Shown here piece after piece: positions 1 to 9,162 of a stretch of 64,000 bases of DNA. The notes under the pieces are model-generated. The model saw only the letters and a list, made by a program, of their open reading frames with translations, did no database searches and was not told the DNA's origin. Each line of letters begins with the position of its first letter. The stretch's first letter is position 1. The position numbers and the translations under genes are program-made. The stretch spans positions 2,023-66,022 of the forward strand of contig NZ_JANQOM010000053.1 of the NCBI RefSeq assembly GCF_028289625.1, read 5' to 3'. The DNA is from Winogradskyella sp. Its GTDB lineage: Bacteria; Bacteroidota; Bacteroidia; Flavobacteriales; Flavobacteriaceae.

Positions 1-19
1 AACAAAATAAAAAGCCAGC

Positions 20-187
20 AGGTAACAACGGCTATAATTCATTGCGGTTGAATTCCTAATCAAAATTCAACGCTTTTTTGCTAAATTTATGGTTACGGCA
101 GAATGATACTCGCGTACCATTCCGTAACGACACGAGAGACTGAAGGTCTCGAACTGACGGAGTAAACCATAGCCAAAACCGTTAGGT
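20..187. repeat. attC-like element 1
   Basis: aggtAAC(24-26)...GTTaggt(181-183); left arm ggctataattcattgcgg 30-47 pairs with ccgtaacga+accatagcc, split by a 35-bp insert at 131-165. Confidence 0.85.
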
Positions 188-206
188 GCAATACTTAGAA
201 TCAGCC

Positions 207-812
207 ATGAGAATTCGAATCCTTCTATTATTATTTCTTTCAATTCTAAGTTGTAATCAACCTAAAAATAAGAAATCAGAAACTGTAGAGAAACCAGAGC
301 CTGAAGTTATTATTGAGAAAAAAGTAGAATTCGAATATAACTCACTTTATATATCAGACTCTTTTGATTTTCCTGTTGGTAAGCCAGATGCCAGTGGATA
401 TTACAATGCCCAAAAGTTCGGCGAAAACTTGCATTTAGGTGATGACTGGAATGCTATAACTGGAGGAAATTCGGACTTAGGTGATCCTATTTACTCAATT
501 GCAAATGGATATGTCAAATATGCTCAAGACTATGGTGGTGGATGGGGAAATGTCATAAGAGTTATTCATAAAATGCCGAATGGAAAAATGGTAGAATCTC
601 TTTATGCGCATTGCGATACAATATTAGTTAAAGAAAAGCAATGGATTACAAAAGGAATGAAAATAGGAACGATTGGAAATGTAGATGGACAATATTTTGC
701 GCATTTACATTTTGAAATTCGAGATGATTTGGATTTACCTATAGGTTATGGGTATTCTGATAATACCAAAGGATATTTGGATCCAACAGAATTTATAAAA
801 GAAAACAGATAA
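207..812 (+). CDS. M23 family metallopeptidase lipoprotein (cassette)
   Basis: HLGDD (HxxxD) and HLH motifs, lipobox ILSC; ATG at 207 preferred because the GTG at 186 lies in the repeat. Confidence 0.85.
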   Translation: MRIRILLLLFLSILSCNQPKNKKSETVEKPEPEVIIEKKVEFEYNSLYISDSFDFPVGKPDASGYYNAQKFGENLHLGDDWNAITGGNSDLGDPIYSIANGYVKYAQDYGGGWGNVIRVIHKMPNGKMVESLYAHCDTILVKEKQWITKGMKIGTIGNVDGQYFAHLHFEIRDDLDLPIGYGYSDNTKGYLDPTEFIKENR

Positions 813-821
813 CCGTACAGC

Positions 822-954
822 ACCTAACAACGTGTATAGTTAATGCAGCTTGCTGGTTAAGCTGAAGAATTTTTCTTACTTTTATTAAAACATGACTTCC
901 ATCGGAATCATCCTGCGGACGATTCCGCACAAACCATACACGAACACGTTGTAA
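822..954. repeat. attC-like element 2
   Basis: acctAAC...GTTgtaa; arms cgtgtatagttaatgcag 831-848 / ccgcacaaaccatacacg 925-942. Confidence 0.85.
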
Positions 955-960
955 ACAGTT

Positions 961-1158
961 ATGGAAAACGTACTAACATTTTTACTTGGAGCTTTGTTGA
1001 TAGCACTTGGAATTATTTGGTACAATTACGAAAGAAAGAAATTCGTTGCTCAAAGAAAAAATGAAGATTATATGCGAATGTCGTTCACGATTGAATTCAT
1101 TTTAGGTGCATTTATCCTTTTTGCAATTGGAATAAGACTAATTTACGACTCATTTTAA
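961..1158 (+). CDS. Small two-TM membrane protein (cassette)
   Basis: 65-aa ORF, two hydrophobic segments, starts right after element 2. Confidence 0.6.
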   Translation: MENVLTFLLGALLIALGIIWYNYERKKFVAQRKNEDYMRMSFTIEFILGAFILFAIGIRLIYDSF

Positions 1159-1641
1159 ATGAACGAAAACAAAGATTATTTTAAAATCTCTAAAAATGGA
1201 AGTATTCACACTTTGAGTGACCGAATTCCATTTAACTGGAAAGAACTAATGATTTGGACTTCTGCTTCATTCATTTTCCTGATTTGGTTTCTCGGAATTG
1301 GAATAGGAATTTTTGTAGCAATTTTAACTTTAATCGGATATACATTTTACCGATTTACTTCTTGGATTTACTACACGGAATTAAAAATTGACGAGCAAAC
1401 TGGAAAAATAACCCGACTAAAAAAAATACTCAACCGAACTCAAAAAACGGAATTAATTGCAGATAAATTTGACCCAACCCGATTTGAGTATTCGGAATTG
1501 ACTCGTAGCGGAAAAACAAAATTCTTAATGAATTATAGAACACATAAAAATAATGAATTACTGATTCTAAAGAATAAAGCTGATAAAGAACTTATTATAA
1601 AATACATTGCGGAAAAAATAACTGGTTACAACAATGCATAA
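1159..1641 (+). CDS. Hypothetical membrane protein (cassette); C-terminus encoded by element 3
   Basis: 160-aa ORF abutting previous stop; ends ITGYNNA across the AAC box. Confidence 0.7.
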   Translation: MNENKDYFKISKNGSIHTLSDRIPFNWKELMIWTSASFIFLIWFLGIGIGIFVAILTLIGYTFYRFTSWIYYTELKIDEQTGKITRLKKILNRTQKTELIADKFDPTRFEYSELTRSGKTKFLMNYRTHKNNELLILKNKADKELIIKYIAEKITGYNNA

Positions 1642-1809
1642 CCGCAATTTGCTGCCGCCAGTTCGCTCCGCTCTTGTCGGCAGATTCGCCTACCCTTCGA
1701 CAAGCTCAGCAAAGGCCAAGCGAATCCACTCGGAATTGCTAAAGTCTGGGCTTAACCGAAAAACAGTAACTTAAAATCCGTAACTGACGGTTATACGAGA
1801 CCGTTGTGC
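1626..1809. repeat. attC-like element 3 (same subfamily as 7515-7699)
   Basis: ttacAAC...GTTgtgc; nested cccttcgacaagctcag hairpin. Confidence 0.85.
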
Positions 1810-1834
1810 TTAATTTAACCCAAACAAAAACATA

Positions 1835-2992
1835 ATGAAAAATTATTCAAAAAAAATATTTTTACTTGTTCTATCTCTAACTCTAATCCATTGCTCAAGC
1901 GGCAATGATTCATCGGAAAACCCTCAAAATAATGATGATTATTTTGTTCAAATGTTTTCTGGGATAGTACGCTTTGGCTTTGAAACTATACCAAATGACA
2001 ATTCAATTTACATAAGAACAAATATTGAGACCCTTGTAGCAGAATTCATAAGAATAGATGAATCTGGAAATACTACAACTACTGATATTTCTTCTATCGC
2101 ATTTAATAATAGTGCTTACATAGATGCCATTTTTTATGATTTTAATAACCAAATTAATATTGTAGTACTGGAAGAAGTAAATCCATCCGAATCAAATATT
2201 AAAATGATATCATTAGATTATAATGGTACTTTGATTAATCAACAAACACTTGAAACTAACACTATTTACACAAATCTAAGAATTCATTCAAATGGATTCT
2301 TAGCATATACTGAGATTTCTGATTTGCAGGAACACACTCTAAATTATAAGATATTTAATCAGTCAGGAAATCCTGTAAATACTCAAATAATCGATTTTGG
2401 TGCAGACAATCCTAGAATTGATGATGTCTATTTTGAAAACAATAATGTTTTCGTAATTGGTAAAAATAATTGGATGCAAGGACAAGGTTATACTAACCAG
2501 ATATGCAGAGTTTATAATAGTAATGGAGAGTTAATTAACAGCCATAGTTTTGATTTCATTTATAATAGCAACAACGTATTAAGAGTGTTAAACAATAGAA
2601 TCCATCGTTCATATAATGCTGGACTAGGTACTGAAATGGAAGTTTATGATATTGATGGAGTTTTAATTAACGCTACAACTTTAAATCATTTGCTTAATTT
2701 TAGTTACAATTCTATTGGGCAATTTATGTACGTAGAATATAATAGTACATTAAACAAAAACCTTGATTTTAAAATTTTAGACTCTCAATTAGAATCCGAA
2801 ATCTATTCTAGAAATTTTGGTGCTGATAATAGCACAGGTAATACTGGAACAACTTGGGTATTTTCGATTAAAGAAACCGAAAATTTCTACAAAGTATTTG
2901 GTCAAACTACGGCACCAAAGAATGGTGATTTTGATTTACCAGAAAACTCAAGTAGCTTCGATGATTATCTAGCTCGATTCAATAAAAACTAA
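1835..2992 (+). CDS. Hypothetical lipoprotein (cassette)
   Basis: lipobox LIHC followed by acidic SSGNDSSE, beta-rich sequence. Confidence 0.75.
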   Translation: MKNYSKKIFLLVLSLTLIHCSSGNDSSENPQNNDDYFVQMFSGIVRFGFETIPNDNSIYIRTNIETLVAEFIRIDESGNTTTTDISSIAFNNSAYIDAIFYDFNNQINIVVLEEVNPSESNIKMISLDYNGTLINQQTLETNTIYTNLRIHSNGFLAYTEISDLQEHTLNYKIFNQSGNPVNTQIIDFGADNPRIDDVYFENNNVFVIGKNNWMQGQGYTNQICRVYNSNGELINSHSFDFIYNSNNVLRVLNNRIHRSYNAGLGTEMEVYDIDGVLINATTLNHLLNFSYNSIGQFMYVEYNSTLNKNLDFKILDSQLESEIYSRNFGADNSTGNTGTTWVFSIKETENFYKVFGQTTAPKNGDFDLPENSSSFDDYLARFNKN

Positions 2993-3110
2993 GCACAACA
3001 ACGTGTATAACTCATTGCAGCTGAATTCCTAATTGAAGTTCATTAACTTTTGGTTACGGCAGAAAATCAGCTATGATTTTCCACAACAAGCCATACACAA
3101 AACTTTGGCT
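2993..3110. repeat. attC-like element 4 (GTT changed to TTT)
   Basis: gcacAAC; arms 3003-3020 / 3081-3098; right box tttggct at 3104. Confidence 0.8.
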
Positions 3111-3160
3111 AACATTTACGCAACCTTTTGAGAAAATCGCATCTTAAAATAAATTAAAGT

Positions 3161-3619
3161 ATGAGAAAATTAATCTTGATTTTATTTTTAGCTACTTCAT
3201 GTGAAATTAAAATGGATAATGATTTCCCTTTGTCAGTATCTAACAATTCGGAAACATCCATTAACGTATATTTTAATACTGACCAAAACTTTCAATATAT
3301 ATATCCTGATTCTACAATCACAAATTTTGAAAATAGAATTAGTGAAAAAATTTTGCCTAGTCAGATAATTGCTGTTTCAGGAGGAAGTTCTCACTGGGAA
3401 AGTATTTTTGAAATTAATGTGCCTAACGATACTTTATCTATGTTTATAATAAATTCTGATACATTAAATTTATACAATTTGGGCGAAATTGGTTCCACAT
3501 ATAATATTTTAAAACGCTATGACTTAAGCTTGAGTAACTTAAAAGATTTAGACTTCATTGTTAGTTACCCACCAACACTAGAAATGGAAAACATTAGACA
3601 ATACCCTGAATTTGAATAA
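3161..3619 (+). CDS. Hypothetical lipoprotein (cassette)
   Basis: lipobox LATSC; 152 aa. Confidence 0.75.
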   Translation: MRKLILILFLATSCEIKMDNDFPLSVSNNSETSINVYFNTDQNFQYIYPDSTITNFENRISEKILPSQIIAVSGGSSHWESIFEINVPNDTLSMFIINSDTLNLYNLGEIGSTYNILKRYDLSLSNLKDLDFIVSYPPTLEMENIRQYPEFE

Positions 3620-3628
3620 AAAACGATT

Positions 3629-3785
3629 TGCCAACAACGTGTATAGCTCATTACGGCTGAAATTCCTAATACCTACGCTAAAGCTTCGGTGTTAGATGCG
3701 GAATTCATTGCAATTTGCTATCTTTCGGTTACGGTGGAAAATTCTAGCAGATTTCCACAACGAACCATACACAAGACCGTTGTGC
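3629..3785. repeat. attC-like element 5
   Basis: tgccAAC...GTTgtgc; arms 3639-3656 / 3755-3772; nested acctacgctaaagcttcggt at 3671-3690. Confidence 0.9.
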
Positions 3786-3798
3786 AACATTAGTAAAA

Positions 3799-4302
3799 AT
3801 GGAAAAAATAAGAAGGCAACTGACTTTGTTCCTTAATGAACCGAATGGTATTATCGAGAAAATTCGTGCCGAATTTAATCCAAAACAATACAGACTGATA
3901 TCTGCACATGTAACACTCTGTCGCGAAGACGAAATTGAACCGATTGAAAATATTATTTCAAGAATAAAGTCTATTGAATTAGAAAAAACAATCCGAATTG
4001 AATTTGGAAAAGCAGAACGGTTTTCGAACGGAAAAGGCGTTTGTATTTCATCCTTAGACCATAACAATGAATTTAAAGAATTAAGAAAATTAGTTCTAGG
4101 ACAAACCGAATTGGAAAAAGAGCAAGTTCCTCATATAACACTAATGCACCCAAGAAATTCGACTTGTACTAATGACATATTTGAGAGAATTGAAAAATAT
4201 GACTTACCAACTGAATTGAATTTTGGGAAAATTAGTCTAATCGAGCAAAGAAATGGTGGAAAATGGAAGGTATTACAGGAATTTGGAATTGTAAAAAAAT
4301 AA
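3799..4302 (+). CDS. 2H phosphoesterase / 2'-5' RNA ligase family protein (cassette)
   Basis: two HxT motifs (AHVTL, PHITL). Confidence 0.8.
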   Translation: MEKIRRQLTLFLNEPNGIIEKIRAEFNPKQYRLISAHVTLCREDEIEPIENIISRIKSIELEKTIRIEFGKAERFSNGKGVCISSLDHNNEFKELRKLVLGQTELEKEQVPHITLMHPRNSTCTNDIFERIEKYDLPTELNFGKISLIEQRNGGKWKVLQEFGIVKK

Positions 4303-4306
4303 CGTT

Positions 4307-4463
4307 GCACAACAACGGCTATAGTTCATTGCGGCTGAATTCCTAACACCTACGCTAAAGCTTCGGTGTTCGATGCGGAATTCATTGCAATTTGCTATCT
4401 TACGGTTACGGCGGAAAATCGGCTATGATTTCCCGCAACGAGCCATACACAAAACCGTTGTAA
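4307..4463. repeat. attC-like element 6 (close relative of element 5)
   Basis: gcacAAC...GTTgtaa; shares gctgaattcctaa-acctacgctaaagcttcggtgtt-gatgcggaattcattgcaatttgctatctt. Confidence 0.9.
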
Positions 4464-4478
4464 GCCATTAGAACGAAC

Positions 4479-4958
4479 ATGACGATAAGAAAACTAAGAG
4501 ATACTGAATCGGACTTTCTAGCAGAAATGTTATATGAAGCGATTTTTATTCCAGAAGGACATGACCCTTTACCAAAAGAAATCCTTAAAGAAAAATCATT
4601 ATCCAAGTACTTTGAAAATTGGGGAAAAGATAAGTTTGACATTGCTTTGGTAGTGGAATCTGACAATGAACTTGTCGGAGCAATATGGGGACGACTTTTC
4701 ACAGGTGAGAGCAAAGGGTTTGGATATGTGGACAACAAAACACCAGAAATCAGTATGGCAGTTCAACATGAATATCGAAATCAAGGAATTGGAACCGAAT
4801 TGATTAATGCAATCGCTTCTGAGTATCAAAGAATCAACGTGGATTATTTGTCGCTTAGTGTAGACAAGGCAAACAAAGCTGCAAATTTGTACAAACGCCA
4901 TGGCTTTGAGATAGTGGCGGAGAATAAAACAGATTGGACCATGAAAAAACAGATATGA
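4479..4958 (+). CDS. GNAT family N-acetyltransferase (cassette)
   Basis: motif A YRNQGIGT, NKAANLYKRHGF. Confidence 0.9.
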   Translation: MTIRKLRDTESDFLAEMLYEAIFIPEGHDPLPKEILKEKSLSKYFENWGKDKFDIALVVESDNELVGAIWGRLFTGESKGFGYVDNKTPEISMAVQHEYRNQGIGTELINAIASEYQRINVDYLSLSVDKANKAANLYKRHGFEIVAENKTDWTMKKQI

Positions 4959-5025
4959 AAAAAATTGACAGAATGATGACCAATATTTGTTCAGAGAACC
5001 AAATAACTAAAGTAGTGATAAGGTA

Positions 5026-5379
5026 ATGAAAGGGCAAATTTTCTTTTACTTAGGTCTCTCCCTTATGGCAATGCACGAAATGGATGCTATCCGTTGCAAA
5101 GAGTGGCGAATATTTCCAGGACTTTCAATGCTTGATGACAAAGTTGGACATATTTTATTTCTCTTTGCTCACATTCCTCTGTTTTACTTTATATTTTGGA
5201 AACTAACCAATAACAAAAATATTGAATCATTTATCTACGGCTTTGACATTTTTATGATTGTGCATTTAGGACTTCATATACTATTTCTAAAACACAAAAA
5301 CAATGAATTTAAGGATTGGATTTCTTGGTCAATAATTGTCGGTGCAGGACTTTGTGGACTAATAGACTTAGTGATATGA
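5026..5379 (+). CDS. Small membrane protein (DUF6713-like)
   Basis: HEMDAIRCKEWRIFP N-terminus, 4 TM segments. Confidence 0.65.
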   Translation: MKGQIFFYLGLSLMAMHEMDAIRCKEWRIFPGLSMLDDKVGHILFLFAHIPLFYFIFWKLTNNKNIESFIYGFDIFMIVHLGLHILFLKHKNNEFKDWISWSIIVGAGLCGLIDLVI

Positions 5380-5384
5380 TATTT

Positions 5385-5465
5385 GTTACATAAAATAAAC
5401 TAACTACTAAAAGAGAATTGAAGTGCCTTGAAATTCAGCACTACTCATATACGATATAGTTGTAA
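5385..5465. repeat. Degenerate attC-like element (right arm retained)
   Basis: cactactcatatacgatata-GTTgtaa (GTT at 5459) resembles the right arm of element 12601-12733. Confidence 0.5.
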
Positions 5466-5478
5466 CCAACTTGAGAAA

Positions 5479-6264
5479 ATGTCTAAAGCAAAAGAAAAAA
5501 ATATTGGTTTTAAGAATACGCCTGCAAAAGTGAGAGAGATTGTTTTTGCTCTCAGAGATGGCTTACAAAATACAATTAACGATAAACTTATTGGTTTGTA
5601 CTTGTATGGCTCTCTTGCTTATGATTGCTTTAATCCCGAAATAAGCGACATAGACTTCGTTGTAGTTTTGTCTGAATTACTAACCCTTGAAGAAGAGCAA
5701 AGAATATCTCAACTGCATAAGCATTTGGGCTGTGAACCCAAGTATGGAAAACGTCTCGAAGGGACATATATCACGGAAGAACAGGTAAAATCTGATAATT
5801 ACCCGCCTAATTTCCTTTATTACGTAGAAGGTCATGAATTTGTAAAAGCAAAAAACGGACAAAAAGAGCAAGATTTCCCCATGCATCGCCAGCATTTACA
5901 TGAATCAGGCGTAAGGATTATTGGCTATGATACTCAGAAATTGTTTAAACCTGTGCCGTGGGAGGTATTAAAGCATTCCCTCAAGCAGGAAATGCCATTC
6001 ATCAAAGAACAATTCGAAAAACGACCTATATATGCTGTACTTAATTTGTGCCGAGTAGTTCGAGCATATGAAACTCGGAGACTTTCTTCAAAGAAGCAAG
6101 GCGGTGAATGGGGACTTCAATTTTTACCTGTTAAATTTTATGAATTAATCAAAATTGGACTTAACGGATATACAAACAGAATAACGGACGGACAAAAAGA
6201 ATTCTTAATAGAAAACCTTCCACTTTTCTATGAGTATTGTTTTGAAAGGACAGCTAATAGTTGA
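5479..6264 (+). CDS. Aminoglycoside adenylyltransferase-like nucleotidyltransferase (AadA/ANT fold, DUF4111-like C-terminus)
   Basis: LYGS...SDIDF Pol-beta NTase motif; YAVLNLCR...SKKQGGEWG; ATG 5479 lies downstream of the GTT box. Confidence 0.8.
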   Translation: MSKAKEKNIGFKNTPAKVREIVFALRDGLQNTINDKLIGLYLYGSLAYDCFNPEISDIDFVVVLSELLTLEEEQRISQLHKHLGCEPKYGKRLEGTYITEEQVKSDNYPPNFLYYVEGHEFVKAKNGQKEQDFPMHRQHLHESGVRIIGYDTQKLFKPVPWEVLKHSLKQEMPFIKEQFEKRPIYAVLNLCRVVRAYETRRLSSKKQGGEWGLQFLPVKFYELIKIGLNGYTNRITDGQKEFLIENLPLFYEYCFERTANS

Positions 6265-6283
6265 AAAGAAATAAAAAAACTGG

Positions 6284-6341
6284 CTACAACAACACCTATA
6301 CGCAATACCCTTCGGGACACTGCGCATAGCCAACATTGTAG
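6284..6341. repeat. Minimal 58-bp attC-like element (GTT changed to ATT)
   Basis: ctacAAC-aacacctatacgcaatacccTTCgggacactgcgcatagccaac-ATTgtag. Confidence 0.8.
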
Positions 6342-6367
6342 AGCACATTAAATCAAACCAAGAACCA

Positions 6368-6931
6368 ATGAACAAAACCATAGTTTTATTATTACTCTTG
6401 ACAATCGGATTTTTATCCTGCAAAAACTCTGAAAAAGAAGTTGACAAAATTGAAATTGTTAAACAATACTTTAAGACTCTTGACAATTCTGACTATTCTA
6501 AAATATCTGATTGGTTTGCTGACAGTTTAACTACAATTGAAGGAGAATATAAACAGGCATATTCTAAAAGCGATTATTTGGGATTTTTAAAATGGGATTC
6601 TGTTTTTGACCCTAACTACGAAATACTTGAAATTGGGCAAAATAATGGAATTGTAAAAGCAAAAATTTCAAAGATGGACAAAAGAATCTCTTTTCTTCAC
6701 GAAGAACCGTTTATAATAAATCAGATAATCAAATTCGAGAACGATAAAATAATTAGTGTTGAAACGGAATACATGGGTTTTAATGAAGCGACTTGGGAAA
6801 GGAATAAAAACGGACTTTTGAGCTGGATTGATGAAAACCATGCTGAATTAAACGGATTTATATACGACCAAACTGAATCTGGAGGAATAAAATTCTTAAA
6901 AGCAATTGAACTGTATAAGAATAAAAAATAA
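6368..6931 (+). CDS. NTF2/SnoaL-like lipoprotein (cassette)
   Basis: lipobox FLSC; IVKQYFKTLDNSD...WFADS typical of NTF2-like folds. Confidence 0.65.
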   Translation: MNKTIVLLLLLTIGFLSCKNSEKEVDKIEIVKQYFKTLDNSDYSKISDWFADSLTTIEGEYKQAYSKSDYLGFLKWDSVFDPNYEILEIGQNNGIVKAKISKMDKRISFLHEEPFIINQIIKFENDKIISVETEYMGFNEATWERNKNGLLSWIDENHAELNGFIYDQTESGGIKFLKAIELYKNKK

Positions 6932-6935
6932 CGTG

Positions 6936-6965
6936 CTACAACAACCTCTATAGCTCATTACCACA
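6936..6965. repeat. Truncated attC-like element (left arm only)
   Basis: ctacAACaacctctatagctcatta, then no right arm or GTT box. Confidence 0.6.
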
Positions 6966-6976
6966 CATTTTTCAAA

Positions 6977-7507
6977 ATGACGAAAAAACAACGAAAAATA
7001 TTCTATGCTATAATTTTCATTTTAGGAATTTTATTAATGATTTGGCAAATCAAAATATATCGGAATACTATGATTGACTTATCAATCTTAATCGGAATTA
7101 TTATTATTGTCGGATTGGTAGCTTTTATTGCAGACTATAAAAATTATGAAAAAACATACGGTCACGAAGGAATTGGACTCTACTTTTATTCTGGAATGCA
7201 GTACATAATTGGATTTGGATTTATTGCTTGCTCAATTTTCACACTATCGAATTACTATTTTGCTGAATCGAAAACCAAAACCGAATCTTACGAAATTATT
7301 GACCGAACTTGGATACAAGGCGGAACGAAATACAGGAGGAATAAAAAACAACCAGTATTCACAATAAATTACGAAGGAAAAAATAAAGAACTTGTTTTTA
7401 ATTCCAATTACTATGAAAAAATGGAACTTTATAAAAGTGTTGAATTTGAAACTAGAGAAGGTTTATTTGGATTTAAAATTCTGGAAAATAAAAAACTGAA
7501 TGAATAA
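6977..7507 (+). CDS. Hypothetical membrane protein (cassette)
   Basis: 176-aa ORF with three N-terminal TM segments. Confidence 0.7.
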   Translation: MTKKQRKIFYAIIFILGILLMIWQIKIYRNTMIDLSILIGIIIIVGLVAFIADYKNYEKTYGHEGIGLYFYSGMQYIIGFGFIACSIFTLSNYYFAESKTKTESYEIIDRTWIQGGTKYRRNKKQPVFTINYEGKNKELVFNSNYYEKMELYKSVEFETREGLFGFKILENKKLNE

Positions 7508-7514
7508 AAACGTT

Positions 7515-7699
7515 GGGTAACAATGTATAACCTCAATTTGCTGCCCCCTGTTCGCTCCGCTCGTGTCGGCGGATTCGACTACCCTTCGACTTCGCTCAGG
7601 GCAGGTCAAGCGAATCCACTCGGAATTGCTAGCATCAGTTCTAAACCAAAAACCAGTAATTTAAAATCCATAACTAACGATTATACGAGATCGTTTTAG
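7515..7699. repeat. attC-like element (subfamily of element 3)
   Basis: gggtAAC...GTTttag; colinear with 1626-1809; nested cccttcgacttcgctcaggg. Confidence 0.85.
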
Positions 7700-7767
7700 C
7701 CAATTAAAACTAAACAATTGCAACGTAGATAGAATTCAATCGTCTTTTTTCCAAAATAAATACAATA

Positions 7768-8964
7768 ATGATAAAAAATCTATTTTGCGTAGCCCTGTTT
7801 TTCTTGATAGTCTTTAGTTGCCAAACTAATCAAGAAGGGACGACAGTCTCAAAAAAAGAAATTAAAGAAACTAAGCAACTAAGTGTTGGTAGGAAACAAA
7901 TGATTAGTTCCACAATTCTAAACGAGGATCGTCCAATTATCATTTCCTTGCCAAAAGATTATGATATATCTGATGCAAAATATCCTGTTTTGTATTTAAC
8001 CGATGGCCTGCAGAATATTTGGCACGCTGTAGGAACACTAGAAGTATTAACAAGAACCGGTAGCATTCCGCCAATGATTGTTGTTGGTATTGAAAGCACA
8101 AATAGAATGCGTGATTTTACACTAACAGTTAGTGAGAACAATCCAGGAAGTGGAGGCGGAAAAAAGTTCTTGGAATTTATTGAAAAAGAATTAATTCCTT
8201 ATGTAGAATCGAATTATAGAACGAATGCCTACCGAGTCTTAGAGGGGCATTCTTTGGGCGGATTATTTACAGCATCAACCTTTATGGAAAATCCAGATTT
8301 GTTTAATAGTTATATAGTGATGAGCCCTTCATTATGGTGGAATGGAGAGGAACTTACGAAGAAAGCTCAAGAATTTTTCAAAACAAATTCTAAGTTAAAG
8401 AACTCATTGTTTTTTGGTATTGGCACTTATGAATCTGGTGCTGAATATGGAATGAGAAAAGAACTCAAAAACTTTGTGGATGTCATATCAGAAAACAAAC
8501 CTAAACAATTAAGATTTGAGCGGAAAGAAATCGAAAAAGAAGGACATATGTCTTCAGTTCTATTATCAAACTATCATGGGCTAAAATTTATTTTTTCTGA
8601 TATGAATTTTCCCGAAAGTCTGTATAAAAACTACACCGATGGAAAATTTTTGGAACACGAAAACTATATAATGGATAAATATGGCGAAGCAGCAAAACAA
8701 TCAGCAGAGTCTTACGTGAATTTAGCCGCCACGTTAAGGCAACAAGAAAAATATCCAGAAGCAATTACTGTACTTAAGAGAAGTGTGTCAGCTTATCCTT
8801 TTGATGTAGGTTTAATGAATTTTTTAGCCAATACATATGAAAAGAATGATGATATTGACTCAGCAATAGCAACTTATAAAAATGCAATAGCAACTTCAAA
8901 GAAAAACAATTACAATCGAGAAGAAGAATTTAAAACTCAAATTGAACGACTTATAAAAAAATAA
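7768..8964 (+). CDS. Alpha/beta hydrolase esterase (IroE/Fes-like) lipoprotein with C-terminal TPR
   Basis: YPVLYLTDG, GHSLGG nucleophile elbow, TPR-like helices, lipobox VFSC. Confidence 0.85.
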   Translation: MIKNLFCVALFFLIVFSCQTNQEGTTVSKKEIKETKQLSVGRKQMISSTILNEDRPIIISLPKDYDISDAKYPVLYLTDGLQNIWHAVGTLEVLTRTGSIPPMIVVGIESTNRMRDFTLTVSENNPGSGGGKKFLEFIEKELIPYVESNYRTNAYRVLEGHSLGGLFTASTFMENPDLFNSYIVMSPSLWWNGEELTKKAQEFFKTNSKLKNSLFFGIGTYESGAEYGMRKELKNFVDVISENKPKQLRFERKEIEKEGHMSSVLLSNYHGLKFIFSDMNFPESLYKNYTDGKFLEHENYIMDKYGEAAKQSAESYVNLAATLRQQEKYPEAITVLKRSVSAYPFDVGLMNFLANTYEKNDDIDSAIATYKNAIATSKKNNYNREEEFKTQIERLIKK

Positions 8965-8968
8965 CTGG

Positions 8969-9148
8969 CTATAACAATGGCTATAATTCATTACTAGGAA
9001 AGAATTAAAAAGAAAAACAATTGCTACATTTGAAATCTAAAAACAGCAACCCAATTATCGATTTATGCTGCGCCTCTTTCTAGCTCGACTTGCCTTATCC
9101 GCGTCACAGTTTGAAGACGCAACGACATCAAAGCTGAGACCATTGGTA
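8969..9148. repeat. attC-like element (GTT changed to ATT)
   Basis: ctatAACaatggctataattcatt...agctgagacc-ATTggta; perfect TACATTTG at 9025-9032. Confidence 0.7.
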
Positions 9149-9162
9149 ATTATTAAACTAAA

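Noticed and set aside
3744..4901. Minus-strand ORFs 3744-4067, 4406-4738 and 4599-4901, and similar shadow ORFs across the window
   Set aside because: Antisense or alternate-frame overlaps of well-supported genes, with no recognisable motifs.
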